From contig PS015009.1 of the NCBI GenBank assembly GCA_048213135.1, positions 1,364,001 to 1,428,000 on the forward strand: DNA of 64,000 bases. Reading direction: 5' to 3'. Both the position numbers and the translations under genes were made by a program. This document shows positions 30,405 through 41,492 of the stretch, in pieces. The notes beneath the pieces were generated by a model that worked only from the letters and a program-made list of their open reading frames with translations, made no database searches and had not been told where the DNA came from. The DNA comes from Reclinomonas americana ATCC 50394 (Eukaryota). The stretch's first letter is position 1; the number at the start of each line of letters is the position of its first letter.

Positions 30405-31670
30405 TTATTTGAGTTTTTCGAGTGCCGACCGGAGCATGCCCAGCATTTCATCAATCTCTTCTTTTTTGCAGGTACCCACACTCAGCCTGTACCAGCTGCT
30501 GTCTGCCGCTGCGCCGAATGCATAAAAAGGTACTACCGCCAGTTTGGCTTCGTTGAGTATATAAGAAGTAACATCAGCCTGGTCTTTGAGTAAAGAACCA
30601 TCAGCTGTTGTTTTGCCGGCATAATCAATTTGTATGGTGAGATAAATAGCTGCTTCCGGCGATACGGCGTCTACCCTGAACCCGTCGCGTTTCAGTTGCT
30701 GGAACCCGTCGGCGATCCTTTGCAGGCGTTCTTCAATCTCTTTTTTGAAAGAGAGGAAATAGTTGTCAATGGCTTCTGTTTGTTTCAGGTAGGCGGCCAC
30801 GGCTATCTGCTCGGCCATAGGTGCCCATGCGCCAACGTGGCTGTTAATGGAACGCATTTTTACCAGAACGTCTGCAGGGCCTAAAGCCCAGCCCACCCTT
30901 ACACCGGTAGCGGCAAAAGCTTTGCTGATGCCATCTATAAAAATGGTGTAGGCTTTCATTTCGGGGCGCAGCGACACCGGATCGGCATGATGCGTATCAC
31001 CGAAAGTAAGCGTCCAGTAGATCTGGTCATACATCAGGTACAACTTCTTTTCTCCTTCTCCCCTGTTCTTATTCTCTTCAATTACCAGGTCGCATATTTT
31101 ACCCAGCTCTTCTTTACCAAACGTAGTACCGGTTGGGTTGAGCGGCGAACACAGCGACAGCAGGGATGCGCCTTTGATATGCGGGGCGATCTGCTCAGCG
31201 GTAAGCATGAATTTATTTTCGGGAAGAGCTTCCAGCATAACATGCTGCCCGTCGGTAAAATGAACGTAATGATTATTATTCCAGCTGGGCGCGGGGTAGA
31301 TCACTTTATCACCCGGGTCAACAATGGCCCGGTACAGGGAATAAATAAGCGGGCGGCCACCTGCGGCAATCAGTATTTCGGCGGGACTAAAGTGAATACC
31401 CTGGCGGGCTTCAATAAAAGCACTTACCGATTCACGAAGGGCAAGGTTACCTTCAGCTGCGGGGTAATTGGTATAACGGTTTTTATAAGCATCCACAATG
31501 GCGGCTTCCAGCTCGGCAGGTATGGGAAATAAGGCCGAGTCGAAATCACCGATTGTAAAATTATATATCCTTTCGCCCTGCCTGATCTTTTCTTTAATCG
31601 TAGCCCCCAGTCTCACGATCTCTGAGGCTTTCAGGGTTTCTGACAACTGACTTAATTTGCCGGAGCTCAT
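30405..31670 (-). CDS. PLP-dependent aminotransferase class I/II (aspartate aminotransferase-like)
   Basis: CSPLNPTG, YDQIY, DGISKAFAATGVRVGW, YRLS; start MSSGKL. Confidence 0.9.
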   Translation of the reverse strand: MSSGKLSQLSETLKASEIVRLGATIKEKIRQGERIYNFTIGDFDSALFPIPAELEAAIVDAYKNRYTNYPAAEGNLALRESVSAFIEARQGIHFSPAEILIAAGGRPLIYSLYRAIVDPGDKVIYPAPSWNNNHYVHFTDGQHVMLEALPENKFMLTAEQIAPHIKGASLLSLCSPLNPTGTTFGKEELGKICDLVIEENKNRGEGEKKLYLMYDQIYWTLTFGDTHHADPVSLRPEMKAYTIFIDGISKAFAATGVRVGWALGPADVLVKMRSINSHVGAWAPMAEQIAVAAYLKQTEAIDNYFLSFKKEIEERLQRIADGFQQLKRDGFRVDAVSPEAAIYLTIQIDYAGKTTADGSLLKDQADVTSYILNEAKLAVVPFYAFGAAADSSWYRLSVGTCKKEEIDEMLGMLRSALEKLK

Positions 31671-31926
31671 AACGTTTTGAATTGTGCTGCAAAAGTAGAG
31701 GTAATGTGCGAATATCCCAATGCGATAATTCGCTAATGTGTTCACCTTAGAAAGGCCTGTAACCGGGGCTGAGCAACAATGCTTTATGAAAGACCCAGGC
31801 CATATGATGTTGATTATTGACCAGAAATGACACTTATCGGCTGCAGGGCGCACCTGTTAAACAATTCTCCGCATCAACTGATTTATTTATTAAATTGTTT
31901 GCCAAATCAGCAAAACCGCTCTCTTT

Positions 31927-33981
31927 ATGAAGAAAAAGATGATGGTCCTGCTTTCGGTGCTCTTCCTGCTGGCCACCGAAAACAGGGCACAGGTAGTCAG
32001 TGATGATGATGAAACCCTGGCTTACCAGCTCAAGAAAAAATATCCTGATGAAAGGACCGCCTGTGTCAGCAGTATTGAAGAATACGATTTCGACGTCAGC
32101 AAAGGCGATGGCAACGGCCCGGTAGTAACCGCCACCATGAACAAGAAGATCCAGTTCATTTCCCTTCGGGAAGCCTCCATGCAGCAATACGGCGAGTTCT
32201 ATGATAAGTTCTCCAGCATCAGCAGCATCAAACAGTTTTATAAATCGGGCCGTGGCTTTGCTGTTTACAAAACAAAAGCGCTGGATAAGTCAGCCACTTC
32301 GGGTGATATTTTTTATGACGACAGCCGCGTGAAATTTTTCAACATCATTATGCCCAAAATGGGACTGGTGTCGATGGTGGAAACAGAAAAAAAGATCAGG
32401 GATATCAAGTACCTCACGCGTACTTCGTTTCACAGTTATTATCCCATCAAGGAAAGGATCATACGTTTTAAAGTACCTTCTTATATCACCCTCGATCTGC
32501 GGGAGATCAATTTTGCCGGGTATAAAGTGGAGAAATCCACAGATACCGAAGGCAAGAAAACGGTATATACATTTAAGATGACCGATCTGCCGCCCATCCC
32601 CGGCGAAAGCAACGCCCTGCCGGTAAGCTATACAGCACCGCATGTGATCGTACTGCTTAAATCTTTCCAGGCAGAAGGACAGCAGCAAAAAGGTTTTCAG
32701 AATTCCGGCGACCTTTACAACTGGTACAACTACCTCTACAGCAAATGCGATAACCAGCCTTCGGTTTTCAAAAGCAAGACTGATGAACTCGTACGTGGAA
32801 AAAGCAACGACCTGGATAAAGTAAAAGCGATTTTCTACTGGGTGCAGGATAATATCCGTTATATCGCTTTTGAAGATGGTTATGCCGGCTTCATTCCGCA
32901 AACCGCACAGGAAGTGTATAAAAACAAATATGGTGATTGTAAAGGCATGGCCAACCTGACCACGGAAATGCTGAAGCAGGCTGGTCTTGATGCACACATG
33001 ACCTGGATAGGCACACGTCACCTGCCCTACGATTATTCTATCCCTTCACTTTGTGTGGATAACCACTGTATTTCTACCGTGTTTGTAGGCGGCAAACCCT
33101 ACTTCCTCGACGCTACAGAAAAATATGTGCCGCTGGGAGAATATGCCTACCGCATCCAGGGTAAGGAAGCGCTGGTTGGTAAAGGCAAAGACCACGAAAT
33201 ACTCAAAGTGCCTGTTGCCGATAAATCGCAGAACAAAATCCTTACCCAGGCCAGCTTTTCGCTGAACGATAATATCCTTAAAGGTCACCTGAAAGTAACC
33301 CTTACAGGAGAAGAGCGCACCGGGTTTCACCAGTATTACCACGACCTGCCCACCGACCGTAAAAAAGAATTCCTGCAAAGAGTGCTGGAATTTGGCAATG
33401 GCAACCTGGTGTCGACCAATGTAAAAACATCAGACCTCAACAATCGTGAAATACCCGTTGTAATTGAAGGCGACATTGACCTGAGCAATAATGTGATCAC
33501 CGATGAAAAAGAAGTATATGCCGGTATCGACTTCTTTCCGCGTAAGCTCACCAGTTTTATGCCCGATGATAAAAGGGTGAACCCATACGAATTCAACAGC
33601 GTTTATGTTGCCGAAGATGAAATAGAATTGAAAGTTCCCGGTTTCCGGATCAAGGATATACCCGAAGCAATTGACCAGCAAAGCGCCGATTATGGTTTTA
33701 AAGGCTCCTATTCCCAAACCGGGTCAACCATCCTGCTGAAAAAATCGCTCAGCATCAACACCGGTACCGTAAAGAAAGCGGACTTTGCCAACTGGAAATC
33801 GTTCCTGAAAAAACTGAAAGACTTCAACAACAATATTGTTACCGTGGAAAAAGACCCTAACTACGTAGCTCCCACGGAACAGCCGGTTAAAACAACCGCC
33901 CCGGCCAAAACAACAACCAAACCCGCCACCGCACCGGTAAAGAAGCCCGTGGCCAAACCAGCACCCGCTAAAAAACCCTGA
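31927..33981 (+). CDS. DUF3857/transglutaminase-like domain protein
   Basis: signal peptide; WVQDNIRYIAFEDG, GDCKG, DNHCI, FLDAT triad motifs; Pro/Lys/Ala tail. Confidence 0.88.
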   Translation: MKKKMMVLLSVLFLLATENRAQVVSDDDETLAYQLKKKYPDERTACVSSIEEYDFDVSKGDGNGPVVTATMNKKIQFISLREASMQQYGEFYDKFSSISSIKQFYKSGRGFAVYKTKALDKSATSGDIFYDDSRVKFFNIIMPKMGLVSMVETEKKIRDIKYLTRTSFHSYYPIKERIIRFKVPSYITLDLREINFAGYKVEKSTDTEGKKTVYTFKMTDLPPIPGESNALPVSYTAPHVIVLLKSFQAEGQQQKGFQNSGDLYNWYNYLYSKCDNQPSVFKSKTDELVRGKSNDLDKVKAIFYWVQDNIRYIAFEDGYAGFIPQTAQEVYKNKYGDCKGMANLTTEMLKQAGLDAHMTWIGTRHLPYDYSIPSLCVDNHCISTVFVGGKPYFLDATEKYVPLGEYAYRIQGKEALVGKGKDHEILKVPVADKSQNKILTQASFSLNDNILKGHLKVTLTGEERTGFHQYYHDLPTDRKKEFLQRVLEFGNGNLVSTNVKTSDLNNREIPVVIEGDIDLSNNVITDEKEVYAGIDFFPRKLTSFMPDDKRVNPYEFNSVYVAEDEIELKVPGFRIKDIPEAIDQQSADYGFKGSYSQTGSTILLKKSLSINTGTVKKADFANWKSFLKKLKDFNNNIVTVEKDPNYVAPTEQPVKTTAPAKTTTKPATAPVKKPVAKPAPAKKP

Positions 33982-33983
33982 TC

Positions 33984-36188
33984 ATGACCAACCGATATAT
34001 AAGACTATTGCTATTCATTATTGCCGCATCGTGGAGCTGCGTTGTACAGGCGCAGGTGATCAAAACAGAACTGGCGTATAAGCTGCAGTCCAATATGGAC
34101 AATATATGGCGCAGCGCCGAACCTGAATTTACCAGCAACCAGGTGCCTGAAAAATGGCTCGGCTTTTCTGCCGTGATCATCGCACAAAAAACAAAATTCG
34201 TTTTTGATAAAGCCTCTGCCGACAAGCTCAATGTGTATGAAACCGGCCACCGCAAGATCAAACTGCTTGACCGCGATGCTGTAAACAGTTTTAGTGAATT
34301 TTATTTCCGTCGTGGTCATGATAATGACGGCTTTGCCCTGCACATCATCAAACCCGATGGCACCACCGATACCGTTTCGCTGGAGAATGCCATTTATGTG
34401 GAAGACAATGATGATGTACCGCAATTGTTCAGGCCTTATTTCGAAAAGCAGAGCTCCATCAAGAATAAATCGAAAAGCGCCGACCTGTATTTTAAACTTG
34501 CCGTTTCGAATCTCGAACCCGGCGACATCATCGATTATGCTTACACCGTTTTCAATGATAACGATGTGGCCCGTATGAATTCGCTGGAGTTTGATCCTGT
34601 ATATTATCTCTGTTACCGCGAATACCCGGTGGTGAGTCATAAATTCGAGATCAACACAGACGATAAGTCGTATGTGAACAGCAAATCCCTCAACGGGGCG
34701 CCCGAGTTCCGCGAAAGCAGCGCCAACGGCTACAAGGTATTTACCTGGGAAGACCGCGACAGGGAAAAACTGAAAGATACCCGCTGGGTGAATGAATACA
34801 TGGTATTGCCCCTGGTTAAATTCCAGATCATTTATTCCAAAGATAATGACGCGGAAGACCTGTTCATTAATGACCGTGGTGAACTGAAAAAGTCCATCAC
34901 ACCGGATGAAATGGCCCGCAAGGTGAACCGTATTTATGAAAAAATGGATGCCAGCGCCGGCCGCCGGGTAACGCAGGACAACATCATCGCGGCGTATACC
35001 ACCGAGCTGCTGAATACCACGGAGTATTACTTAAAGAAGGGCGAAGCCTATGATCTCAGCGACGAGGAATTTATTAAAAGAGTGTACTATATTTTGCGTC
35101 ACACCAATGGTATTTATGGCAAACGCCTGGGCAGCCAGTTTTTTGCATATGTAATGATGGAAAAACTGAAGAAGAAAAAAGTACCCGCGGAACTCATCAT
35201 CACCACCAGCAACAGCACTACCGATATGGAGAACGTAATATTCGGTACAGAACTGGAATGGCTGGTGAGGGCAAAGAATAAATACCTGTTCAACTTTCAG
35301 TCCAACTCCAACGTATTTGACCTGAAAGAAGAATACCTGGGCAACCCTGCTTATGTGATCACACTGGGTAAAACGCCGTCTGCTGCGCCCATGACACTGC
35401 CGCTTACCAATTCTGAAGAGAATGGTTCTATCACTACAATTGATGCCGCTTTCAGCGATGCTACCAATGAAAATATGAAGATTACCGCGGTGACTTCTTA
35501 TAAGGGTATGACCAAGGAAGATAACAGCGGCCCGGCACTGCAGTATACCAATGTGTATGATGTAGACTACCAGAGTTACTATGGTGATAACGAGATTGAC
35601 CTGCTGCCCCCCAAAAAGCAGGATGAGATCATGCGCCTGATACAGGCCCGTAAGGATGAATACAAAAAGCGCAAACCCGATTATATGAAACAGCGCCTGC
35701 AGGATGAGTACGGTAATGTGGTGAGCTATGATAATTTTACCCTGGTTACCGATGGCCGCACTTTCAATAAACAGGAACTGAAGTACAGCGAAACTTTTGT
35801 GCTGGGCGAAATGGTGAAAAATGCAGGTAAGAATTATTTGCTCAACATACCCGGTCTTATGGGCGGACAGGTGCAGGTAAAACCGGAAGACAGGACACGT
35901 AAGTATGACGTGGATGTACGCTATCCCAAGATCTTTGTGTGGAATATTACTTATGCCATACCCGCAGGATACACGCTGAAAGGCCTGGCCGGCCTGAACC
36001 AGCAGGTGGAGAACGAAGCCGGTTCATTCATCAGTAAAGCGGTGGTGGAAGGCAGCACACTTAAACTGAGCATAAAGAAAACTTACAAACAGGTGAAGGT
36101 AAAGAAGGAAGACTTCGGAAAAATGCTGGAGTTTATTGACGCTGCATACAACTTCTCACAAAAATGGATTCTGCTTAAAAAAAGCTAA
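33984..36188 (+). CDS. DUF3857 family protein, apparently non-catalytic partner
   Basis: signal peptide; IKPDG, NLEPGDIIDY, IPAGY; no GDCK motif seen. Confidence 0.75.
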   Translation: MTNRYIRLLLFIIAASWSCVVQAQVIKTELAYKLQSNMDNIWRSAEPEFTSNQVPEKWLGFSAVIIAQKTKFVFDKASADKLNVYETGHRKIKLLDRDAVNSFSEFYFRRGHDNDGFALHIIKPDGTTDTVSLENAIYVEDNDDVPQLFRPYFEKQSSIKNKSKSADLYFKLAVSNLEPGDIIDYAYTVFNDNDVARMNSLEFDPVYYLCYREYPVVSHKFEINTDDKSYVNSKSLNGAPEFRESSANGYKVFTWEDRDREKLKDTRWVNEYMVLPLVKFQIIYSKDNDAEDLFINDRGELKKSITPDEMARKVNRIYEKMDASAGRRVTQDNIIAAYTTELLNTTEYYLKKGEAYDLSDEEFIKRVYYILRHTNGIYGKRLGSQFFAYVMMEKLKKKKVPAELIITTSNSTTDMENVIFGTELEWLVRAKNKYLFNFQSNSNVFDLKEEYLGNPAYVITLGKTPSAAPMTLPLTNSEENGSITTIDAAFSDATNENMKITAVTSYKGMTKEDNSGPALQYTNVYDVDYQSYYGDNEIDLLPPKKQDEIMRLIQARKDEYKKRKPDYMKQRLQDEYGNVVSYDNFTLVTDGRTFNKQELKYSETFVLGEMVKNAGKNYLLNIPGLMGGQVQVKPEDRTRKYDVDVRYPKIFVWNITYAIPAGYTLKGLAGLNQQVENEAGSFISKAVVEGSTLKLSIKKTYKQVKVKKEDFGKMLEFIDAAYNFSQKWILLKKS

Positions 36189-36199
36189 GCGATCTCAAC

Positions 36200-36238
36200 A
36201 TAAAAAAGGCCTTCATTATTCGTGAAGGCCTTTTTTAT
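36200..36238. terminator. bidirectional intrinsic terminator
   Basis: ataaaaaaggccttca-ttattcg-tgaaggccttttttat between convergent genes. Confidence 0.85.
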
Positions 36239-36242
36239 GCGG

Positions 36243-36800
36243 TTACTCTTTTTCTTTAAAATCTTTTTCCGCCGCCTGTGCCTTTTCAAAATCAAGGATC
36301 ACCGAGTTGATGCAGTAGCGCAAACCGGTGGGTGGTGGTCCGTCTTCAAATACATGACCCAGGTGGGCTTTGCACCTGCCGCACATCACTTCGGTACGGC
36401 GCATGCCATGTGTGTTGTCGGGGGCGTAAATGATGCTGCCCTTGCTGATGGGCTCAAAAAAACTGGGCCATCCGCAACTGCTTTCAAACTTTCCATTGCT
36501 GTTGAACAGTGGATTGCCGCATGCCGCACAGTAATAGGTGCCCACTTCTTTATGATCCCAGAATTTGCCGGTAAAAGCACGCTCGGTTCCTTTTTCGCGG
36601 GCAATGTTGTATACGTCGGCCGGCAGCACTTTTTTCCAGTCCGTATCGCTGGCATTTACTTTATTGCTGTCGGTAACGGAATAATAGGGGTTGTCTTTTT
36701 TATTGTCCATATGAGTTGATTTGCTGCTGTTTGATCCACGGTCTCCGCACCCTGCCATCAGGGCCGTTAGTATGGTGGTATAAAAAATGAGGCGTATCAT
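36243..36800 (-). CDS. msrB: peptide-methionine (R)-S-oxide reductase, lipoprotein
   Basis: KGTERAFTG, CxxC pairs, GWPSF, HLGHVFEDGP, RYCINS; lipobox LMAGC. Confidence 0.95.
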   Translation of the reverse strand: MIRLIFYTTILTALMAGCGDRGSNSSKSTHMDNKKDNPYYSVTDSNKVNASDTDWKKVLPADVYNIAREKGTERAFTGKFWDHKEVGTYYCAACGNPLFNSNGKFESSCGWPSFFEPISKGSIIYAPDNTHGMRRTEVMCGRCKAHLGHVFEDGPPPTGLRYCINSVILDFEKAQAAEKDFKEKE

Positions 36801-36944
36801 AGTAATAACAAAACTGGTTAAAATTAGTTGTTTAATGTACGAAACCGTGACAATTGCGGGTTTTCCAACAGATTATTCGCGCTGTTAAAGGAAAATTAAA
36901 GTTCGTACGTTATATTTGCTAACCTTACCAGGACTTTACTCATT

Positions 36945-37529
36945 ATGTTTAATCTTATTTTATTTGGCCCCCCGGGAAGTGGCAAAGGAACGCAGAGCGA
37001 AAAGCTGATTGCGAAATACGGTTTGAAACACCTGAGTACCGGTGATTTACTGAGGAGCGAAATTACCCGCCAGACGCCGTTAGGACAGGAAGCACAGAAT
37101 TTTATGGACAAGGGTCAGCTGGTACCGGATGAAGTGGTGATCGGTATGATCAGTTCGGCACTGGAAGCTAATCCCCAGGCCCGAGGTTTTCTTTTCGACG
37201 GTTTTCCCCGCACTTCCGCCCAGGCCGAAGCGCTTGACAAATTACTGGAGCTGAAAAAAGCACCCATCTCTGTTATGCTGGCACTGGAGGTATCGGAAGA
37301 GGAGCTGGTAAAAAGACTTTTAAAAAGAGGCGAGACCAGTGGCCGCAGCGACGATACCAACGAAAGTGTGATCAGGGCCCGCATCACTGAATACAGGAAT
37401 AAAACAGAGGCCGTGGCCGACTACTACCGTGAATTTGATAAAGTGGTCATGGTAAAAGGTGAAGGAACGGTTGATGATATTTTCGACCGGCTATGTAAAG
37501 AGATCGATCAGCGTAAAGAAGAAATATAA
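36945..37529 (+). CDS. adk: adenylate kinase (short lid)
   Basis: GPPGSGKGTQ, HLSTGDLLR, FDGFPRT, GRSDD. Confidence 0.96.
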   Translation: MFNLILFGPPGSGKGTQSEKLIAKYGLKHLSTGDLLRSEITRQTPLGQEAQNFMDKGQLVPDEVVIGMISSALEANPQARGFLFDGFPRTSAQAEALDKLLELKKAPISVMLALEVSEEELVKRLLKRGETSGRSDDTNESVIRARITEYRNKTEAVADYYREFDKVVMVKGEGTVDDIFDRLCKEIDQRKEEI

Positions 37530-37530
37530 G

Positions 37531-37553
37531 GGAAGCAACAGCTTCCTTTTTTT
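37531..37553 (+). terminator. intrinsic terminator
   Basis: ggaagc-aaca-gcttcc followed by T7. Confidence 0.75.
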
Positions 37554-37586
37554 GTTTTATATCTTATTCCCTTTCCCGCTCTTTAA

Positions 37587-38570
37587 TTGAAAACCCACTT
37601 TTATATCCTGCTTCTTTTGCTGGTGACCGGTGATTGTCTTTTCGGCCAGGCCCCGGCATTTGTTCATTATGAAACCGGCAACGGGTTACCCGCCAATGAA
37701 ATATATGAAATGAAGCAGTACAGGACAGGCTTCCTGTGGATGGGCTGCCAAGCCGGGCTGGTACGTTATGATGGCAACCAATTCCGCCTGTTGTTGTGCA
37801 GCAGGAACAGGGGAACCGCCATCAGCAACTTGCAGGAAGACAGTTATGGCAGGATACGGTGCATCAACTTCAGCGGGCAGGTTTTTTATACGGAAGGAGG
37901 TTCACTCCGGCTGTTTGAACCCAGGGAAAAGAACTACCGTTCCGGTTTTGCCGACATTGCCATTGACGGGAATGACCAACTGTACACCTGCAACCAGCAA
38001 AATAGGATCTACAAGTATGATATCAGGAGTGGCAAACCGGTCATTGCTGTTGGCGACAGTCTTTTTAAACGTTCTCTCTTTATAGCTGCCGATTTCCCTG
38101 ATATAGAAATGCCCGGTTACAATGGGTTCCAGTTGCTGGAGTTTTTCGACGGCATCCGTTTTGAAGTGGTCTTTGTTACCGCCTACAGTGAATTTGCCCT
38201 CAAGGCTTTCCGGGTGAGCGCTGTCGATTACCTGCTGAAACCATTGCAGATCGACCAGTTGATCAGGGCCGTGGAGAAGGCGGAAAAATACAGGGCCACT
38301 CCTTCATCCGCGAAAGGCTGGAAACACTGAAAGCCAACCTGGAGGAACAAAATACTGGTCAGCAGGAATATCAGGGACTATGAGAACCAGCTCACCACAG
38401 AAGAAGGATTTTTTCGAACACACCGGAGTTTTCTTGTCAATATAAGATATGTCCGTTCCATTTCACCTGATGGTAATGAAGCGGAACTCATCCATAAACA
38501 GGTAGCGGCTGTTGCCAGGGAAAGAAAGCAGGAATTCAGCCAGTTTATGCGGAAGAATACAACGAACTGA
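37587..38570 (+). pseudogene. collapsed sensor kinase (beta-propeller N-terminus) + LytTR response regulator remnant
   Basis: GLPANEIY/GFLWMG/GLVRYDG joined in frame to partial REC (DIEMPGYNGF, VTAYSEFA, DYLLKP); LytTR fragment FFRTHRSFLVN...VARERK after frameshifts, stop 38570. Confidence 0.85.
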
Positions 38571-38623
38571 CCCGATTCCTTAACTGTTTGAATAGTACTC
38601 CCGGGATTCTTTACCTTTATTTC

Positions 38624-39091
38624 ATGGACCAGGAAAAACTTCATTTCATTCAGATAACATTTCCGCAGCTGCTCAATAATCTTGAACCGGGCGCACAGGC
38701 AAAATGGGGAAAGATGAATGCGCAGCAAATGGTGGAACACGTGGCCGACTTCTTTGGCCTGTCAGTAAATAAGATACAGTTTGACCTGGTAACACCGGAA
38801 GAACACCTGCCTAAATACATGGCCTTTCTTTACAGTGATAAAGAGTTCAGGGAAAACACCAAAGCGCCTGAAGGCGTAATGCCCGAAGAGCCTGCACCCG
38901 AACGTTATGCCGCGTTGCCAGAAGCTGTGGCGGCTCTTAAAACAGAAGTGAATGATTTTATCGTGTATTTCAGCGAAGACCCGGCTAAAAAAACAACACA
39001 CCCTGTTTTCGGATCTTTGGATTATAATGAATGGGTACTCCTGCATTACAAACACGTACAGCATCACCTTAAACAGTTCGGGATTTTATAA
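38624..39091 (+). CDS. DinB/DUF1569-like protein
   Basis: WGKMNAQQMVEH, HPVFG, KHVQHHLKQFG. Confidence 0.82.
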   Translation: MDQEKLHFIQITFPQLLNNLEPGAQAKWGKMNAQQMVEHVADFFGLSVNKIQFDLVTPEEHLPKYMAFLYSDKEFRENTKAPEGVMPEEPAPERYAALPEAVAALKTEVNDFIVYFSEDPAKKTTHPVFGSLDYNEWVLLHYKHVQHHLKQFGIL

Positions 39092-39326
39092 CAGCAGACA
39101 CTTCAAATAAAAAAGGGCTCCCCCAGGAACCCTTTTCTCACATTAATCGCTCTGCCTCATGCAACATTTGTCAGCAATACTACAATGAAACGGCAGGCAA
39201 ACTCAGCACGGGTGTGTAAGTGCCTCGTATCCGGAACAACTGTATCTTTTTTATCATAACTGCTGCATTGTCCCGGGTGTCCGGCACCTTTATTTCAGTT
39301 AACTTCGCCCATAAACGGCTTAACAT

Positions 39327-41402
39327 ATGAAACTGGAAAACTACGTCACCGGGCAGTGGATCATGGGTGATGGTGAAGGACAGCAATTGTACAACGCGGT
39401 TACAGGCGAGGCCATCGCTGCCGCTTCTACCAACGGATTGGATTTCAAAAGTATACTCGATTACGGAAGGAATGTAGGCAATCCCGCACTTCGTAAAATG
39501 ACGTTTCACCAGCGGGGCAATATGCTTAAAGCGCTGGCCCTGCACCTTCGTCAGCACCTTGATAAATTTTACCAGCTGAGTTATAAAACCGGCGCCACCA
39601 GGGCCGACAGCTGGGTGGATATAGAAGGCGGCATCGGTAATTTGTTTGCCAACGCGTCGCTGCGCAGGAAATTCCCCGACGAAGTTTTCTGTATCGACGG
39701 CGAAAGTCATAACCTGAGCAAGAACAGCACATTCATGGGCACGCACATACTGGTACCACGCGAAGGCGTGGCTGTGCACATCAACGCGTTCAACTTTCCC
39801 GTGTGGGGCATGCTGGAAAAAATTGCCGTAAACCTGCTGGCCGGTATGCCGGCAATTGTAAAGCCCGCCACCGTTACCTCCTATCTTACAGAAGCGGTGG
39901 TGAAAGAGATCATCGCGTCGGGTATCCTGCCCAAAGGCGCACTGCAGCTGCTTTGCGGCAGCGCCGGAGACCTGCTCGATCATGTAAATGCGCAGGATGT
40001 GGTTACTTTTACCGGCTCTGCAACAACAGGGCTTAAACTCAAATCCAACCCCAACATCCTGGCCAATAATGTTCCTTTTACCATGGAAGCCGATAGCCTT
40101 AATTGTATTGTGCTGGGTAAAGATGTGGAACCGGGTATGCCCGAGTGGGATGTGTTTGTAAAAGAAGTACGCCGGGAGATGACACTTAAAGCCGGTCAGC
40201 GCTGTACCGGCATCCGCCGGATATTTGTTCCGGAAAATAAAATGGAAGACATGTGGCAGGCCATTGCGGCAGCGTTGTCTCAAACCACTATCGGCAACCC
40301 GCTGAATGAAAAAGTACGCATGGGCAGTCTCGCCGGGCAAACACAAAGGGAAGAGGTGAAAGAACAGGTGCAGAAGTTATTGGCCACATCACAATTGATA
40401 TACGGATCGCTCGACAGCGTCAATGTAATTGATGCCGATGCGAAAGAAGGCGCATTCATGAGTCCGCTGCTGCTGAAGAACGACAAACCGTTTGAAACAA
40501 AAGAAGTGCATGATGTGGAAGCCTTCGGGCCGGTAAGTACCATTATGCCATATACCAATACCGATGAAGCCATAGCGCTGAGTAAGCTCGGCAAAGGGTC
40601 GCTGGTAACAACCATTGTTACGGCAGATGACCGCATTGCCCGGCAATATGTAATTGGCGCCGCCACGCATCATGGCCGTATACTGGTGCTGAATAATGAA
40701 TGCGCAAAGGAAAGTACGGGACATGGTTCGCCCCTGCCCCTGCTGGTGCATGGTGGCCCGGGACGTGCGGGCGGAGGAGAGGAAATGGGCGGCATCCGCG
40801 GTGTAAAGCATTACCTGCAACGCACGGCTTTACAGGGCTCTCCCACCAGCCTTACAGCTATCACCAGCGTATACCAGCCTAATGCCCAGGGAAAGGATCC
40901 GGGCGTACATCCGTTCAAAAAATACTTTGAAGAACTGCAGGTGGGCGACCAGATCCTCACGGAAAAAAGACTGATCACCAGCGAAGACATTGACCGGTTT
41001 GCCAACCTGAGCGGCGATCATTTTTATGCGCATATCGCCACTACCGATTTTAACGGTACCATGTTTGAACGCCAGGTTGCCCACGGTTATTTCATCATGA
41101 GTGTGGCGGCCGGACTTTTTGTGGACAGCTACGAAAAGAACCCCGTGCTGCTTAATTATGGTATCGACGAACTGCGTTTTACCAAACCGGTATACCCCGG
41201 CGCCGAAATACAGATACGCTTTACCTGTAAAGAAAAACTGCCTAACGACAAACGTGTAGTGGAAAAGCCCGAAGACATGAAACGCGGCGATGATATAGAA
41301 AAAGGTATTGTAAAATGGCTCGTTGAAATGCTCGACGGAACAGAAGAGCCTGTTGTTGGCGTTGCCACTATTCTTACCATGGTAGAAAAGAAACAGCAGT
41401 AA
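39327..41402 (+). CDS. paaZ: phenylacetate degradation bifunctional protein (aldehyde dehydrogenase + MaoC hydratase)
   Basis: [52 protein letters not shown]. Confidence 0.93.
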   Translation: MKLENYVTGQWIMGDGEGQQLYNAVTGEAIAAASTNGLDFKSILDYGRNVGNPALRKMTFHQRGNMLKALALHLRQHLDKFYQLSYKTGATRADSWVDIEGGIGNLFANASLRRKFPDEVFCIDGESHNLSKNSTFMGTHILVPREGVAVHINAFNFPVWGMLEKIAVNLLAGMPAIVKPATVTSYLTEAVVKEIIASGILPKGALQLLCGSAGDLLDHVNAQDVVTFTGSATTGLKLKSNPNILANNVPFTMEADSLNCIVLGKDVEPGMPEWDVFVKEVRREMTLKAGQRCTGIRRIFVPENKMEDMWQAIAAALSQTTIGNPLNEKVRMGSLAGQTQREEVKEQVQKLLATSQLIYGSLDSVNVIDADAKEGAFMSPLLLKNDKPFETKEVHDVEAFGPVSTIMPYTNTDEAIALSKLGKGSLVTTIVTADDRIARQYVIGAATHHGRILVLNNECAKESTGHGSPLPLLVHGGPGRAGGGEEMGGIRGVKHYLQRTALQGSPTSLTAITSVYQPNAQGKDPGVHPFKKYFEELQVGDQILTEKRLITSEDIDRFANLSGDHFYAHIATTDFNGTMFERQVAHGYFIMSVAAGLFVDSYEKNPVLLNYGIDELRFTKPVYPGAEIQIRFTCKEKLPNDKRVVEKPEDMKRGDDIEKGIVKWLVEMLDGTEEPVVGVATILTMVEKKQQ

Positions 41403-41492
41403 GGATTTTTTTTCAGCCGTTCAACTCTTTGCAGATATGCTGAAATCTCCCGAAATTCGTAGAGACAAATTCAATAAATAAAAACCAGACAG

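Noticed and set aside
39185-39259. short ORF MKRQANSARVCKCLVSGTTVSFLS upstream of paaZ as a leader peptide
   Set aside because: No relevant amino-acid bias or downstream terminator; likely chance.
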